A DNA stretch of 63,134 nucleotides, filler included, from Rhabdomonas costata (GCA_019059605.1; 53 parts of 53 records of this genome joined end to end with filler, not necessarily neighbours in it), one strand, 5' to 3'. Positions 34,504 to 48,787 are shown, counted from the first letter of the whole stretch. Notes: a model not told the origin generated them from the sequence alone. A program made the numbers and translations.

Positions 34504-36989
34504 NNNNNNNNNNNNNNNNNNNNNNNNNNNNNNNNNNNNNNNNNNNNTTAATTAATTAANNNNNNNNNNNNNNNNNNNNNNNNNNNNNNNNNNNNNNNNN
34601 NNNTTGTGTTGTGAGCGCAAAGAGGAGATCTCTGTATGGAACTCCTCTTTGCGCTCACTACTCAATAAAACCTTAGTCTGGAAGTCCATCTACCTATGTG
34701 GATGGGTCTTTAAACCATGAAATCATATGAAACGCCTCTCAACATCGTAATTGGTCTGTGGAAGAATATGGTACTGATCTAAAATGGTATGGAGTCTCCA
34801 TAAAAAGATATAACATGGAGCCAAGCAAAGCAAAGACTGACAATACTCTGCATCATTTGTTCTGTGAAGAAATCCATCTGGAAGTGGTCTGATGTACCTC
34901 AAATTTGCCATTGTGTCTGACTCTGGAACTGTGGATGGTTTGGGATTCACGATTGCTTCACTGGGTATTGGCATGGATGACCTCGATAGTCCTTCATGTG
35001 GAACTGTGGTGGCTTGTGGTGTGGATACCCACCCTTGTCAATCCTTCTTTATCTTTTCTTTTCCATTACTTCAGAAACCATAACTTACCTCTGCATTGTA
35101 GCAAACCACTACATTCCGAGCTTTTTAACCAACGTTTTTGACAGCTTCCTCATATATGTATGTGGGCAATGACTGCATGTTGCCTGTGGAAATCAATTCA
35201 ATCGTAATCTTCTGCCACCGTTATGGAACGCCTTCACCACTCAAAACAAGGCAAGCAAGAATGTAATGGCCAAAGCACAGGTTGAGTGGAAAGTTTCAGC
35301 AATACACCTTTTTACATAAATTGCCTCAACCTCGCTTTATCATGGGTCCGCTGAGAGTTTTAGCTTACGGTGCTTTACATTTACATGGTGGGAGCTCTGT
35401 AGATTCTGGAAGGTACCACCATAACACCGGATGGTACCGTCATTCAGGTAGAATGTGCTGTACTCTGTATTGACAATAGGCGCACTCTTGATTGCAATCT
35501 CAACCAGGACCCACAAAATCCATCCAAATTGTGCCTGGGTGCAAATACATCATCGTGGTTATCACTCTCTTCATGATCTGTTTCATCATTTCGGCTTTCT
35601 AGTTGTTCTGTGGATGTTACTGCGAGGATATTTTGATTTTGATGTCAAAGAAGGCCACAAGACATTTTCGGAATACTGAAATGTGACACACCACACNNNN
35701 NNNNNNNNNNNNNNNNNNNNNNNNNNNNNNNNNNNNNNNNTTAATTAATTAANNNNNNNNNNNNNNNNNNNNNNNNNNNNNNNNNNNNNNNNNNNNTTTT
35801 TTGTGGGAGTGTCCTTGTTCACAGGACAGCACGGGAATGGCTGCAACACACAAAGACACTCCCACAAAAAATGAGGCACGCAGCAAGTTCGAAAGACGCG
35901 CAACGGGAGAGCGGTTCACAGGCGGCACAAAGAAAATAGCTGTGGCAGCAGTGCAGTGCGGTGATGGGCAGGGGGGGAATGCTCTGCTTGACAACTTCGT
36001 ACAACTTCCTGGGAGGAATCGAGTGAGAAGGCTGACCGCTTCTTTAGGGTTCCGCACTTCAATTGTGGTTTCTGTCACGATGCAGCCCCTCTCCCCGTGA
36101 ATCACGTTGATAAAAAACAGTCCTATGCATGGAAATACTGCCATTTTCATGACCATTGCTACTAGACCAACGACCAACGGACAAGTGGGCACTGCGCACC
36201 AATGCTGAAGCATCCCGCCAGCGCTGAAGCATCCCGTGAAGAAACACAAGATTTTGCGGTAATTTTTTCTTAAATTTCGCTGGGTCATCCACGTCACGTG
36301 GCCCCGCTACCCCCCTTTCACCGCAGCTGGCACCCGATCCTTCCGTGGAGCAAGCATCTTTAGGATGGGAACCTAAGTCGGCACCCAGTCTTTCCACCAG
36401 AAGGCGCAAAATAAAGGGGTGTTTTCTCCACGATCGCCGTTTGAATCAAGCAAAGTTGCGCGACACGTTCCTTCCAGAACTGCCTTCACCGAAGAACAAT
36501 TGATTGTGACTTATACACCCTCACTGCGGCAGCAACAGGCAAACTATCGGGAGCCATTCACATACCGTGAATGCATTGAAGGATGCGCAAATAACCGATC
36601 AGTGCATCAGCGTGGAATTGATCCATTATTTCACCTTCTCCCAAAGATGCAAGGACTGGTCGGGAGCAATGATCCGTTTCTTTCACAAAAAAAATAGGTA
36701 GTCGTTCCATAATGAGTCCGATCCAGTATAAATATTTTACCGCAGGTACTCGACGCCAAGGCCAAAAACGCGGAGGAGCCAGTGCCATGCCCCACGGTGG
36801 ACGCTGGACGGAGGATCGTGGTGGACAACGCCCGGCACACATCCACGGTCACATCCACACGCGCACACCCCCCCCAACACCCCAACACANNNNNNNNNNN
36901 NNNNNNNNNNNNNNNNNNNNNNNNNNNNNNNNNTTAATTAATTAANNNNNNNNNNNNNNNNNNNNNNNNNNNNNNNNNNNNNNNNNNNN

Positions 36990-37185
36990 TGTGGTGTGGG
37001 AACAACCCGCCAGGCGCGGCGTCACACATCCGCAGCTTGCTGACACACTCGCTGTGAAGCTGGGCCCACTCGATGACTGGTGAGGTGTGGGTGAAGTCCA
37101 CCGAGAGGTCCCCCAACCCCGTGGCCTGACTGGTGGAGGTGGGCTTCGCGACGAAGTCCCGGCGCGGCTTGGCAATGCTGTAAAG
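36990..37185 (-). CDS. Internal exon of an unknown (possibly WD40-like) protein
   Basis: TTCGCAG acceptor, then GC3-rich LYSIAKPRRDFVAKP...EWAQLHSECVSKLRMC. Confidence 0.45.
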
Positions 37186-38182
37186 CTGCGAACAAAAGGT
37201 GACCACCTCGCCACCGCCATGTTTCCCGATTTCCTAGGGGCTGCAGGGGGCTGATGGTACCCAAAGAGTATGGTACCCAAAAAGGTCAAATCACTCACAA
37301 CTGCTTGAGACGCTTGGTTGCCTTTTAAAGGCACCTCCACCCCTTGGAGTTGGACGCTGAGGACCGGAGCACCGGTTCTGAGTGAAGCGCTTTCTTTTAC
37401 TTTGTGAAGGCGCGTCACCAGGGGAGAATCTTCCATTCATGCGAAGACTCTGGTGTGCAACGAGTGTGTGTGTGGGGGGGAGACACAGGGTTTTCTGAGG
37501 GTCCTGGCCTGTTGTCCGGCAGCCACGTCTGCAGGACACCCTCAGTGCGAGCTCCCAGGCTGCGCGTGTTTTAGGTTAGGGACAGCTTATCTTTTGATCC
37601 ATGCCATTCATCGCACAAACTTTTAAACAAACGTGAACAAAGAAAAGCCCGCTTTATCTCAAACGTGAGAGGTAGGGGTAGACACAAATAACAGGCAGAA
37701 ATTAAGCAAGAACACCTCCAGGGCCAAGGGCCACCGCCTGCCCCAAGTGCGTACATGCATCCGTTAAAGGAAAGCTTGGCACCCAGAATGTATTGTCCAT
37801 GTCACCTCGAACCGAAAAAGGTGCACTCTAGATCAGACATTTTCGAACTTCGAAGCTGAAAGAGGGTGGTGAGCTGGTATTTATTGGCCTGTTGTGTGTT
37901 GAGCATGCACCCTACAGGGCTCCCAACAGTGCTCTGGGTCCACGTGCGAGCACCCAGGCGCACGTGTACCTTTTCTCTCTCACGTCTTTCAAGCTTGTCA
38001 TCCGCTTCTTCTCTCTGTCCCAAGTCAAAAAGACGCGGACAAAACAGCGGGTTCCCAACACAACCCAACCACACCCACCACANNNNNNNNNNNNNNNNNN
38101 NNNNNNNNNNNNNNNNNNNNNNNNNNTTAATTAATTAANNNNNNNNNNNNNNNNNNNNNNNNNNNNNNNNNNNNNNNNNNNN

Positions 38183-39200
38183 GGGGGGGTGGGGTATCTT
38201 TTCAAGTTCACATCGAAGAAACTCATCAGCTCCTTCCAAAAGATCGATATGAAGATCGCGTCTCTGTCGCTTACAATGCTTCTCGGCAACTCGTAATAGC
38301 GAACCACCTCCCACCAAAACAAACTTGCAATGTCCGCTGCTGTGTCGGTGTTCCGACACGGGATCAATACAACCATCTTCGCAGATCGATCCGTGACCGT
38401 CAAGATCTCGTTAATCGGCTCTTTGCTCCATCCAAACTTCCACAATGTTTTCGGCATCGTCACGAATTCCATGGATATTGACTCCAACTTTATCACTGGA
38501 ACCTCCAACACTTGCGTGTGCCCTCTTGGCAAATGATTATCTGCCTTGTAACGCTGACAAATGTCACAGGTACGAACATAATCCTTCACCTTCCTCTTCA
38601 TGTTTCTGAACATGAAAGTCCTCTTCAACAAGGATGGACACTCCCCAATGCCCTGCATCTGGGGAATCGTGGTACTTCGAAATGACTTCTTTCTCCATCT
38701 GGTACGGCACCACAATCTTTCCTGCATCCCAAATCCGCCCATGATGCCATTCGTTGGTTCCAGAAACTCCGGCGTCGTCAAATTAAAATACTTCCTCCTA
38801 GTCGCTGGTTCCAATCAGTAGTCAGACCACCAGTCTTCTGGCTCTACAGAATCCACTCGTATCGGCGCACACAGCGGCCATCAAAGAACACTCTTACAAA
38901 CTCCAACTGCCTTTCCGATGAACTTTCCATTTGACCATCAACAGTGATGGCCTCCAAACCTGACCCTTTGGCAGTGTAACGCGAAAACGCGTCCGCTGCC
39001 ACGTTTGACCTACCTGGAACATGCGAAATCTTCAACGTGTAACGCTGCAACTTCTCCAACCACCTGACCTGTCGCGGTGACGGTCTTGGGTTCTTCTGCA
39101 AATAACTCAACGCTGAGTTGTCAGTAAACACTCTCACCAATGTCTCCACTCCTAGAGAGTGTCCACCAGTGTCAACATATCTTTCTCGTGAACTGGTAAT
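38183..39200 (-). mobile_element. Ty3/Gypsy LTR retrotransposon pol fragment (RNase H end + integrase), degenerate
   Basis: VFTDNSALSYL...RQVRWLEKLQRYTLKISHVPGRSNVAADAFSR; HDSPDAGHWG (frameshifted) + CDICQ HHCC motif; ISMEFV (E where catalytic D is expected); PRSIVSDRD. The RNaseH-before-integrase order indicates Gypsy. Confidence 0.95.
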
Positions 39201-41398
39201 TCTTCTCGGGACTTGACAACTTCCTCGACCTACATGCAACGAGACGCATCTGCCAGTCGTCTCCCCCCCAACCACNNNNNNNNNNNNNNNNNNNNNNNNN
39301 NNNNNNNNNNNNNNNNNNNTTAATTAATTAANNNNNNNNNNNNNNNNNNNNNNNNNNNNNNNNNNNNNNNNNNNNCCACTTACAAACTCGTTCTCGCAAT
39401 ATCACACCTTCCTTCGTTGCATTGCCTCATTTTGCATCAGTTCTCTTCCACCTACCACTAAGTTCACGCCGTAGGCCCACTGTTTAAGCACCGTGTTTTC
39501 TCTCGGCCTGGTTATTCTATTTGCCGTGCGTCGCCATTTTTCATCAAGTACTCCCGGACATACACACTCCTTTAAAAACGGAAGGTTTCGAGTTGACGTT
39601 CTGCATCAGCCAAAAATCATCCAGCTTTCGAATCATCCTGGAATTTTTGCGGCCACACTGCTCACTACAACCGCAGCGCTGGGTGTAGTAAGTGCCCGCT
39701 CGTGCAGCGGGATGTTTCTGAAAATGGTGTTAACGTCTGTCTTTTTATTATCGAGAACTGGCCCAGTCACCAGCAGCTCGTCGAGATTTTCTTATCTTTC
39801 TGTTCTATTCATGATTATTGGCGTGAGGTGCACCCAGTTATTCTGTTTACATCTGGAGAGCTTTTGGAATAAGGCCATTCCAGAGCATGTCAATGCCTTA
39901 TGGGATGATATGGCCAGCGTCACCTCAGAAGTAAGAGGTGACGGGAGAAGGTCAAAATCTGCTTGAAAACACAAGCACAACCGACATGCTTATAATTGGT
40001 GCACTGGAACCTAGTTTTTTCACCACCCCGTTTCTAAGTCCGAAAACGCCTGATTTAGTGCACACTTTTGGAAGTTGTGCATTTTTGAGGTGACGCGGAC
40101 AATATTTCGTAGCGCCATTGTGGTGAAATTTGATTTCTCGCTCTCCGTGTGGTTGACCGCGTCACTGCCTCTGATACACTATCGAGCCCGGCACCGGCAG
40201 AAAATACTTTATCCGTGGTTAATTCATTTGCAAACGAAGTTACTCCTGTCGTTCCGATGCTAGCGCCAACTGTGTTGTACTCTCCTGCTTATAATTACAA
40301 CGCGACTGATGTTTGGAAGGTGGTGCTCCTTGATTATTTTCATGCTGTAGTGATCAATGCTGTGCTTCCTCCTCACAGATTTGTGCTTTTTTGGTGCACT
40401 TTTACTTCCTTTCAATAGGCATGTGACAGTGCACCAAAAAAGCACAAATCTGTGAGGAGGAAACACACNNNNNNNNNNNNNNNNNNNNNNNNNNNNNNNN
40501 NNNNNNNNNNNNTTAATTAATTAANNNNNNNNNNNNNNNNNNNNNNNNNNNNNNNNNNNNNNNNNNNNGGTGTGGGGGTCGGTAGAGGCACACGGAGTGC
40601 TGCAAGTCGAGCCGTAGTACCGCGCCGTGCAATTCAAGCACCCGCTGGCCGAGTCCTAAGCCCCGGAAAGGGCACACAACTATAGATACAGCCAAAGAAC
40701 TGAGCCCCAGCAAAGACGGAGCAAAGGTCCAAACGAAAAAGAAAACTGCCATGGCAAAGGGCCATACACAGTCTAATAAAGACTACAAAGTGTGGTGGTC
40801 AAAACACAGGCTCATTGCCTACCACCCCGAAGGCACAGATGGTCCTATGCCATACCAGCGGATTGCGAGTTCCGCGACAGAGGGGGCAAGTGTAACCGCT
40901 CAGATGCCGGATTTCGTTTTGGAGAGAGCATCCCTGACCGGTGTCAGAATTCACTGAAACCGAGCGCGTGGCGCAACATTTCCCGCACATCGACCGTGAT
41001 CAGGCAGATCCACGAGCGCCAAGCAAAAGAAAATAGGGGCTGCTGAATGGGGAGGGGGGGGTGGGCGTTATATATTTGACACTGTTAAACGACCGAATAA
41101 AAAACACGTCGGAAAAACCACCCTGGCAGAAAAGAATCTAACTAAAAATATCAAGTGGGTGAGGACACATATATCTAACCTCCGGGACCGGAAAATAACT
41201 CAGCAAAGAACGAAAAAAAAGCACAGTTTGGAAAAAAAACTGGAACACCGTTAGACCTTACAGATAAACACCGTTTAACTGACCTCTGCTTCCGAGTCTC
41301 TAACCGGCCACATGATCACATTTCAGTTTTGGAAGAAAGCACATCTGCCCCATGCCAAGATTCATTGAGTCCACACGGGGCGAAAAGTGAGGGCATAC

Positions 41399-41645
41399 CC
41401 AGTGACCGATCAGCGCGGGGCTAAAGCAGCTGCAGGACCCGTTGCCCAGCACCCCGTCAAAGCAAGATCCGCGGCCGTGGCACACCGCACCCGTGGACAC
41501 TCCGGGGCAGGCGGTTGTGCAGGAGGAGCCCCAGTAGCCCGTCTGGCAGCGGTCACACCGCGAGCCCGTCCAGAACCCATGGGTGGAGTTGGAGTAGCAC
41601 GTGCACTCCCCCGTGCCGGAGACGCCCTGCGGCGACGAGCATGCA
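41399..41645 (-). CDS. EGF/laminin-EGF-like cysteine-rich repeat surface protein, exon
   Basis: GTGECTCYSNSTHGFWTGSRCDRCQTGYWGSSCTTACPG...CHGRGSCFDGVLGNGSCSC; donor GTATGC. Confidence 0.88.
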
Positions 41646-41885
41646 TACAAACAAACAAACCNNNNNNNNNNNNNNNNNNNNNNNNNNNNNNNNNNNNNNN
41701 NNNNNTTAATTAATTAANNNNNNNNNNNNNNNNNNNNNNNNNNNNNNNNNNNNNNNNNNNNGGGGTGGTGTGTTGTGGATGCCACCACGTCCCCCACCCA
41801 TGCTCTCTGACACAGTTGTATCCCATAGAATGGTGCATAAGCGCTCGCTCCCTGCCTCCCGATTCTGTGTGTCTCCATGGTTCAG

Positions 41886-42129
41886 GGTGAGCTGCGACCC
41901 CATGTCTGCCCAGCTGCAGCTGGGCCTGGGGTACTTCCCGATGCCCAGCTCGGTCAGCAACCGGGTGCTTAGCACCCTGACCACGGGGCTCTCCTGCAAG
42001 GGGGGCCTGGTGCGGCCCTCGGACACGGTGCTGCAGGGCGGGGGCTCGGTGCAGGATGGGCTGCTGTTCGCCGACCTGGCCATGGCCTACGCCTACGTGC
42101 ACCCGGGGCTGCAGATGAACTTCAACACG
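41886..42129 (+). CDS. Exon spanning the junction of two tandem PstS-like domains
   Basis: (W)VSCDP...LGYFPMPSSVSNRVLSTL..LSCKG (end of one domain), then LQGGGSVQDGLLFADLAMAYAYVHPGLQMNFNT (PstS-like start: G.GS...LF.....Y...P....N); AG/GTATGC boundaries. Confidence 0.65.
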
Positions 42130-45100
42130 GTATGCACATCCCGTGAGGGATGGTTAGGGTGCCGCTTGGCCTCGAGAAATCCCAGAACTGGTTTCCCTTT
42201 TCCGGATGTCATAAGAATGTGAGTGGGAATGTGCTCCGAGGTGAGCGGACTGCGGTGCGAAGGAGAGGTCACCGACGAGTGAACCCTGAACATTCCCCTC
42301 AATAGGCGCTACTATTGGAGTCCCCCACTGACACATGAGAACACATTCAATAGATGTTCGGTGGTGTGCCGTAGACTAATTTAGTGAACTTTGCGAGCCC
42401 CGCAGAGATTTTCGTTCTTCCGGGTGGACCCTATATATATACGTACCACCGCCAGGTGGGGAGTAGCATGAACCACACATTTAGGAGGGAAGGAGATGCA
42501 ACGCATCGACTGACCGACAGCCTTGAACCCCATACGTGCCCCCAAGTCGAGGAGCATCAACCATCGGAGTACCCTATAGCATGAAGGCATGAGTCACGCA
42601 GTGGGTCATGCCGTAATAGAGGACATCACGTAGAAGGTGAGGGCATGGAAGCGCGTAGCGGTGGAATGCCCGAACTACCACATCTAGGAGATGCGCAGCA
42701 TCGACGACCACCATCAACCCTTTTACTCCTCTTCGCATCTTCCCTCTCATTGGGGTTCTAGCGTATGGGTGAGGGAGCGTAAGCGTCTTAGGACGGTGGA
42801 GCGACCGAACAACGCATCTAGGAGGGATGGCGTAGACATCCCGACATCCAACACNNNNNNNNNNNNNNNNNNNNNNNNNNNNNNNNNNNNNNNNNNNNTT
42901 AATTAATTAANNNNNNNNNNNNNNNNNNNNNNNNNNNNNNNNNNNNNNNNNNNNTTTTTTTGGGCTGCAAGGATCCGTAGCTCTATGTAAAGCGCAAATT
43001 CCCTTCCCAAGTTTCCAAGCAGGTCTTTCTCTCAATTCCCGGCCATTGGTAAGGTGGTGGTGGTGGGGAGGTCGGCTCATTCAGGCGTCGCGTCGCGCAC
43101 CCGAGGGTTTAGGCTCCGCTTCCCCGGCCCAGACTTTTCCCCAGGGCTCATCTTCCCCATCCGCGGCTGTAGGAGCATGCGAGCCACCCTCTGCAGCTTC
43201 TCGGCTCCGCTTCCCGGTCATGATACTTCACCGCACAGCAAAAACCACAGACGTGCGCGCGCACGTGAGTGAACTGGAAGAGGTCAGAAAATTCAAAATC
43301 ACTGAAGGGCGCGGAAGTCACAGATGAGGGCCGCAAAACAGTCCGGATTGTAAGGGAAGGTTTCTTGTGCTGCTCGGTTGGAGCTTGAGAACAGCATATG
43401 ACAACTATGGACAAAACAAGGTCTACTTCTATTGCTTGGACGGGCGCCTCTGTGGACCGTTTCAAACGAATTTCAAACCAGAACCTGCAAGCATACACGA
43501 AAAAGAACGTGGCACCTATCATAGAAATCTCGGAACGAGGCATCTAGTTACAACGGGACCACGGCGTTTGCAGTACGGCTTCGCGAGTGGTTACTGCAAC
43601 CCTTTCACTGTACCCGACCCCCGGGACTGTGCCCCTTCACGTGAAAAAGAGGGCACCACAAGTGAAGGTACACCACGAAAGGTTTGCACAAAAGGAGAGC
43701 ATAAGGATCCAAAGGGGGAAAGCGCGCTTCCCTGTCCCAAAAGTCTGCGGGAAAAGGGAAGCACAGTGCTGCGCATTGGGGAAGGGGAGGCACTGCCTGC
43801 CGCCGCGACTGCTGCAGCGACTATCACTGAAGCTTTTCTTCCAAAACAGAAAAAGACAAAGGTGGTTGTCAACCACACGCCCTCCTCCCACGCACACCCC
43901 CCAAAAAGCCCCAAGTACAACCGAGTGCAGGCAGGCCGTGCTCAGCACAGCGAGTGCAGAAATCAAAAAATAAAGCAAAACAACAACAAGGAAAGACACG
44001 CCAAGAGCACAAGCACACGGTACACGGTTCTTGCCCTCGCCCAAAAANNNNNNNNNNNNNNNNNNNNNNNNNNNNNNNNNNNNNNNNNNNNTTAATTAAT
44101 TAANNNNNNNNNNNNNNNNNNNNNNNNNNNNNNNNNNNNNNNNNNNNCCCAGAAAGCGAGAAGGTGTGTGCGTGTGTGTGTGTGCGTACTATTCATTGCT
44201 TCCTCACACACACAAGCAATGCGAGAATTCTCTGAGTACAGCGCACCCTGCTGAATTCCCTCTTCTCCCGTTGAGTTGCTTACCTCAGGCAGTATGGCCT
44301 GAGGTAGCGTGCCTGCGTGCGTGCGTGCGTGCGTGCGTGCGTGTGGGTGTGGGTGTGTCGCTGTGCATGTGTGTGTGTTGTGATTTTCCGTGGTCTTTTC
44401 CCCGCGGAAAGGACTAGAACAAAGTGTCTGTCTGTGTGTGTGTGTGTGTGCGCGCGCGCGCGCGGGCGTGTGTGAACAAAACTAGTCTCGAAGACAAGGT
44501 GGGGGACAGTTTAGCAACAACCTAATGCCACGGTTCATCTGCTTTCAATAAGTCGTTGGCTGCCCCTGTCAAACACGATGGGCTTTGGCAAGTTGAACAC
44601 TGGGCCATCCCCCCCCGTATGACAGAATACAAAACACAGAGAGGCCGAGGACATACCTTGAGCACAGTCTTCAATTTCATAGAGTTTGCCTTCGCCTGAA
44701 GAGCCATGCACAAAGAACTCCAAACGACCACAGGCACACGTACGCCAGCCATGTAAGCAACAACCCAAACAAAGGGTCGGTTGAGACGGAGGAATGCAAA
44801 GAGGAAGCAAATCAGCCATAAGCGCCGCAATTCGTGAAATGAAGCCAACTGTGGCGTCTCTGACTTGAACTCAGCACACGACTGGGCGGGGCGGCCGCCC
44901 CCAAACCAACTCGACCTAACCGCGGGCCCTGAGGGCGGGGTCTCTTCTGCCTCGGGCCGGCCATTACGCCCTCGGCCAAATGCTGAACACCGGGCCAATG
45001 ACGAGCTGTGGCGGGGCCTTCTCTGCCTCCTAAATGTACCGCAGGGGGTGTGAAATAGGACAGAAGAAAAAACCTCGGCCAGGTCACCATCAGCTCGGGC

Positions 45101-46533
45101 GCGGGAGGCGCTCTTTTCCCTGGCAGAGGTCTCCTGCGCAACGCAAGCAGCACAGGAGAAGACCAGCCGCCCACCAGTCCACCTCAGGCTCAGTAGTGCG
45201 CACAGCTAACAGAGCGGCTACGATGATATTCCACAACAAANNNNNNNNNNNNNNNNNNNNNNNNNNNNNNNNNNNNNNNNNNNNTTAATTAATTAANNNN
45301 NNNNNNNNNNNNNNNNNNNNNNNNNNNNNNNNNNNNNNNNTTTGTTGGGTTGCGAGAGATGTAAAAAAAAAGAGGGAAGTGACACAGTGCTAATAGGGCA
45401 ATATAAATTATTTAAAAGAAAGAATGTTCAGTTCACGATTTATAGCCCTTTTTCACCCATAGTCATTTCTCATTCATGCGGGCCGGCGCCGAAACAGCTC
45501 GGGTCTTCATTTTTGACATTTTTGACCCAACAACCTGCGCCTGGCCGTTATCAGTACATTTGGAAGGGTGCCGTAACAATCCGCTGGGTCTTTTTGTCAA
45601 AGAAAATAGAAACGGAAGGATGGACGGGTAGAGGATCGGTGCGAGAACGCAAAAAGTCGGAGATGGTGGATGGCAGCCCGGGCTTCCTTAGCACTTGGTG
45701 GTGCCATGGTGCGCCTGCTCAGCTCTCCTTCCTGCTCGTCCCCGCGTGTTCCGCGGTGGCGGTGTTTTGGAAATCATCAGTGTTGCGCTCTCTCTGTCTC
45801 ACTGCCGCTTGGGACGCCTTGGGCGAAAGGGTGACCTCCTATTATATGCAGAGCACCGTTTTCCAGCTTCCTCTTGTCTGCCAATGGTCCCGAGCAGTCG
45901 CTGTGCGCTCGACACGCTCTTGAGAACAGCACAGCAAGGAAAAATGGCGAAAGCAGGTACATGTGATGGATAGCGCATCTGCGGGGGGATTCCCACGCCC
46001 AGGTCCTTCTTTATGGACTGGCTGGTGGCGCAAGCCGTCGCCCAGCCGGAGCAGGGCAGCGCCTTTGCCCCCGTTGTGGAGCTGTGCCCCGACGACTGCT
46101 CCGCCCAGGAGCCGAGGTGCCTTTGCCGTTTAAATTGTCCTGAGCTGGGGGCTGAGTCCTGTGCACCAGCACCCAAGAAAGCATTCCGTGCATCCAGTCA
46201 CTGGCTCCTTTCTTCCTTTCTGTATTTTCCCCTGCTCTCCCGCTCGTCGAGAAAAATTACTCACCGCTACTGTTTTTGGGTGTGCGTGTTGGTGAGTTTG
46301 GAGTCGACTTGAGGTGCCCGATTTGGTCCCCTCTGCGCAGCTCTCCTGCTCGCATGGAAGCCTTAAATGCTGAAGTGGAGAGTATGGAGTATTTTGGAGC
46401 AAAATGCTGTGAGTGCTATTGATGGGCTTCTGTNNNNNNNNNNNNNNNNNNNNNNNNNNNNNNNNNNNNNNNNNNNNTTAATTAATTAANNNNNNNNNNN
46501 NNNNNNNNNNNNNNNNNNNNNNNNNNNNNNNNN

Positions 46534-47433
46534 AGCTGGGCCAGCTCTACGCGGACCACCTATTGACGGCCTGCTGGATCACCGGCCAGGCCTGCAACTT
46601 GGTGCTGGGGTTCACGCTGCTCCCTTTGGGGGCCTTGCTGGGAGCTGCGGTGTCCCCCGTAATACAAAAGTACATCATTTCATATTCGTATACATACGTG
46701 CGCTTGCATGCACACATGCACATCGACGTTACGGGTCGCGGGGTCAGCTGGTATCCACATGGCACAGAGGTTCAATTATCGAGTCACACCATTCAGTAGG
46801 ATGCGGAGGGCACAAGATTGGCCGACGCAGCAGCCTTCATTCATTCCACGTATTATCCGTTGTATGTTCGTGGTACTCTCAGAGGTAAGTGGTTGGAGAG
46901 GAGGGAAGCAAAATCTTTTTGCGGATGAAAAGGTTTGGGGAGCTGTTTGGCTTTTGCTTTTGCAGAAGATGGGCACGTTAGAAAATATTCAGGCTGGCGC
47001 AGACTACGTTTGTCTCTCACAAAGTTGTGGTGGTCCTTTTTGCTGCTCTCTTCATTGGAAAGCAGTCATGTGGTTTTTTCTCAAGCCATTTTCAATCAAG
47101 TCTTCTCTTCAAATACCCTTTTTTTCTCGAACCGTTCGAAACCTGATCTCTGTAATGTGTATGGTGCCATCCGATGAGATGAACGATAGTGGGCGACAAA
47201 CGTGCACTTATCATTTTTCATTACGATGCGTTTCCAGTTGCTGCGTATCGGCACGAATTTTGGGACAGGCCTCCCTCACACCGCATCTTGTGCTCAGACT
47301 GGGCACCGCGAAGGACCCGTTTAGCGTGGGCCTTGTGGTGGCTGCGTGCCTACTATGGGCGGTGCTCTACTACTCTCGCGTTCCCCCGGAGGTGAGGGAG
47401 TTCCGCCAGGAGGTCTCCAGGATGCGGCTGTGA
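46534..47433 (+). CDS. C-terminal part of a multi-pass membrane protein (possibly CRT-like/DMT transporter); exons <46534-46649, ~46965-?, 47298-47433
   Basis: Hydrophobic segments CNLVLGFTLLPLGALLG and PFSVGLVVAACLLWAVLYY. The internal exon structure is unresolved. Confidence 0.4.
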
Positions 47434-47847
47434 ACTCCTCGCATCCTTACTAAACCGAAAGAGATCGACCCACCCTGTGATTGGTTTGCTGATAGATGGA
47501 CCGGAGATGAGGATTTGGGGTTCATCTTGATGGTTATTTCGGAGGACCTCTCTGGCTGTGTCCATTGTGCTTGTTTTGTGCGGTGGCCTGTTGGCGTTCT
47601 TTTTCCGGTAGGTCTTTTCGTTTCTTNNNNNNNNNNNNNNNNNNNNNNNNNNNNNNNNNNNNNNNNNNNNTTAATTAATTAANNNNNNNNNNNNNNNNNN
47701 NNNNNNNNNNNNNNNNNNNNNNNNNNGTGTTGGTTGTTTTGGTAGGGGGCTTTGAAAGAACTTGTTTTGGTGTGCTTCCGAGTTCTGTTCTGCTCTGTGT
47801 GGTGTGGTGCGGTGCGGTGCGGTGCGGTTCGTTTTCTCTTATCTCAG

Positions 47848-48787
47848 GTGGACAGGATCGGAAGGTCAATGTGTGGAAATTGGGGTGCCCCAACATTGTC
47901 TCGGTATGGACCGAGGCCCAATGTATTCTTTTCTTGTGTTTCCGTCTTCCGATGGGCCCATTCCACGATGGGGGATGAGGTGTCCGCGGGTGGGGGCTCC
48001 AGTCTTCCCCACAAAAAGATTTCCTTTGTCAAATGTACAAAGTGTATGAAAATTCTCAAATTAAAAGCGCTTTATATTTCGGCATCTGTCCCGTTTTCCC
48101 TCAAGGGTCAGTGTTGACTTGGAGGCGGGAAGGGGGGGCACATGAAAGAGGTTGACGCAGTATTATATTTGAGCATTTCATTGGGCATTTTCGGCGAAAA
48201 CTATCTTCGATCGCTCTTCGCTCTTCGATTTCGAGCACCATTGAACAAGCGTCTGTCTGATCCATCCCCATTTGCGCTACCTCAGCAACTCCACGGTCAT
48301 ACTTCCATCATTGAAAGCGTCACGTTTGACTCCGAGGAGGAGCTGGTGGTCTCGGGCTCTGCCGGAGGGACGATCAAAGTTTGGGATCTGAACTCGGAGA
48401 GGAGTATGTCCATGCGAACTCTTGAGATTGAGAGAGGGGAGCGGCCCAGGTGGTAGTTCTCATCAAATCGAAAACCGCAGTGGATAGGTCCAAAAGAATT
48501 GCCTCGGTGCCCAGCACCGTATTTTCCCTCCCGCTTTCCCATTTGCTTATGCACGCAGCGTCGCAATGCCCCCGTGCCTTGTGAACACGGGACAATTCTT
48601 TGAGAAAGCGGGGTGAGGCACACTGGGTTCTGGGTTCTGTGGTGCAGCTTGCAAGAATCCCGGGGGGGGGGGTGCCTCTTCAGTGCAAAAGTCCTACAAC
48701 TACGGCCACAAGACCAACGTGACCTGCCTGGACTACCACCCCTTTGGTAACTTCTTCTGTTCAGGCTCTGCCGACACCCAAGTGAAG
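47848..48787 (+). CDS. KATNB1: Katanin p80 WD40 subunit, exons 47848-47903, 48286-48403, 48684-48787
   Basis: GGQDRKVNVWKLGCPNIVS|QLHGHTSIIESVTFDSEEELVVSGSAGGTIKVWDL..|..GHKTNVTCLDYHPFGNFFCSGSADTQVK; all splice phases are consistent. Confidence 0.92.

Noticed and set aside
34700..35690. AT-rich, coding-like minus-strand region as a transposon ORF
   Set aside because: Multiple stops in every frame and no identifiable domain; may be a decayed element but cannot be supported.
43367..44047. 242-aa ORF, and similar long ORFs at 25105-25743, 56087-56869 and 57384-58076
   Set aside because: Low-complexity or antisense-like composition with no motifs; not credible as intact genes.
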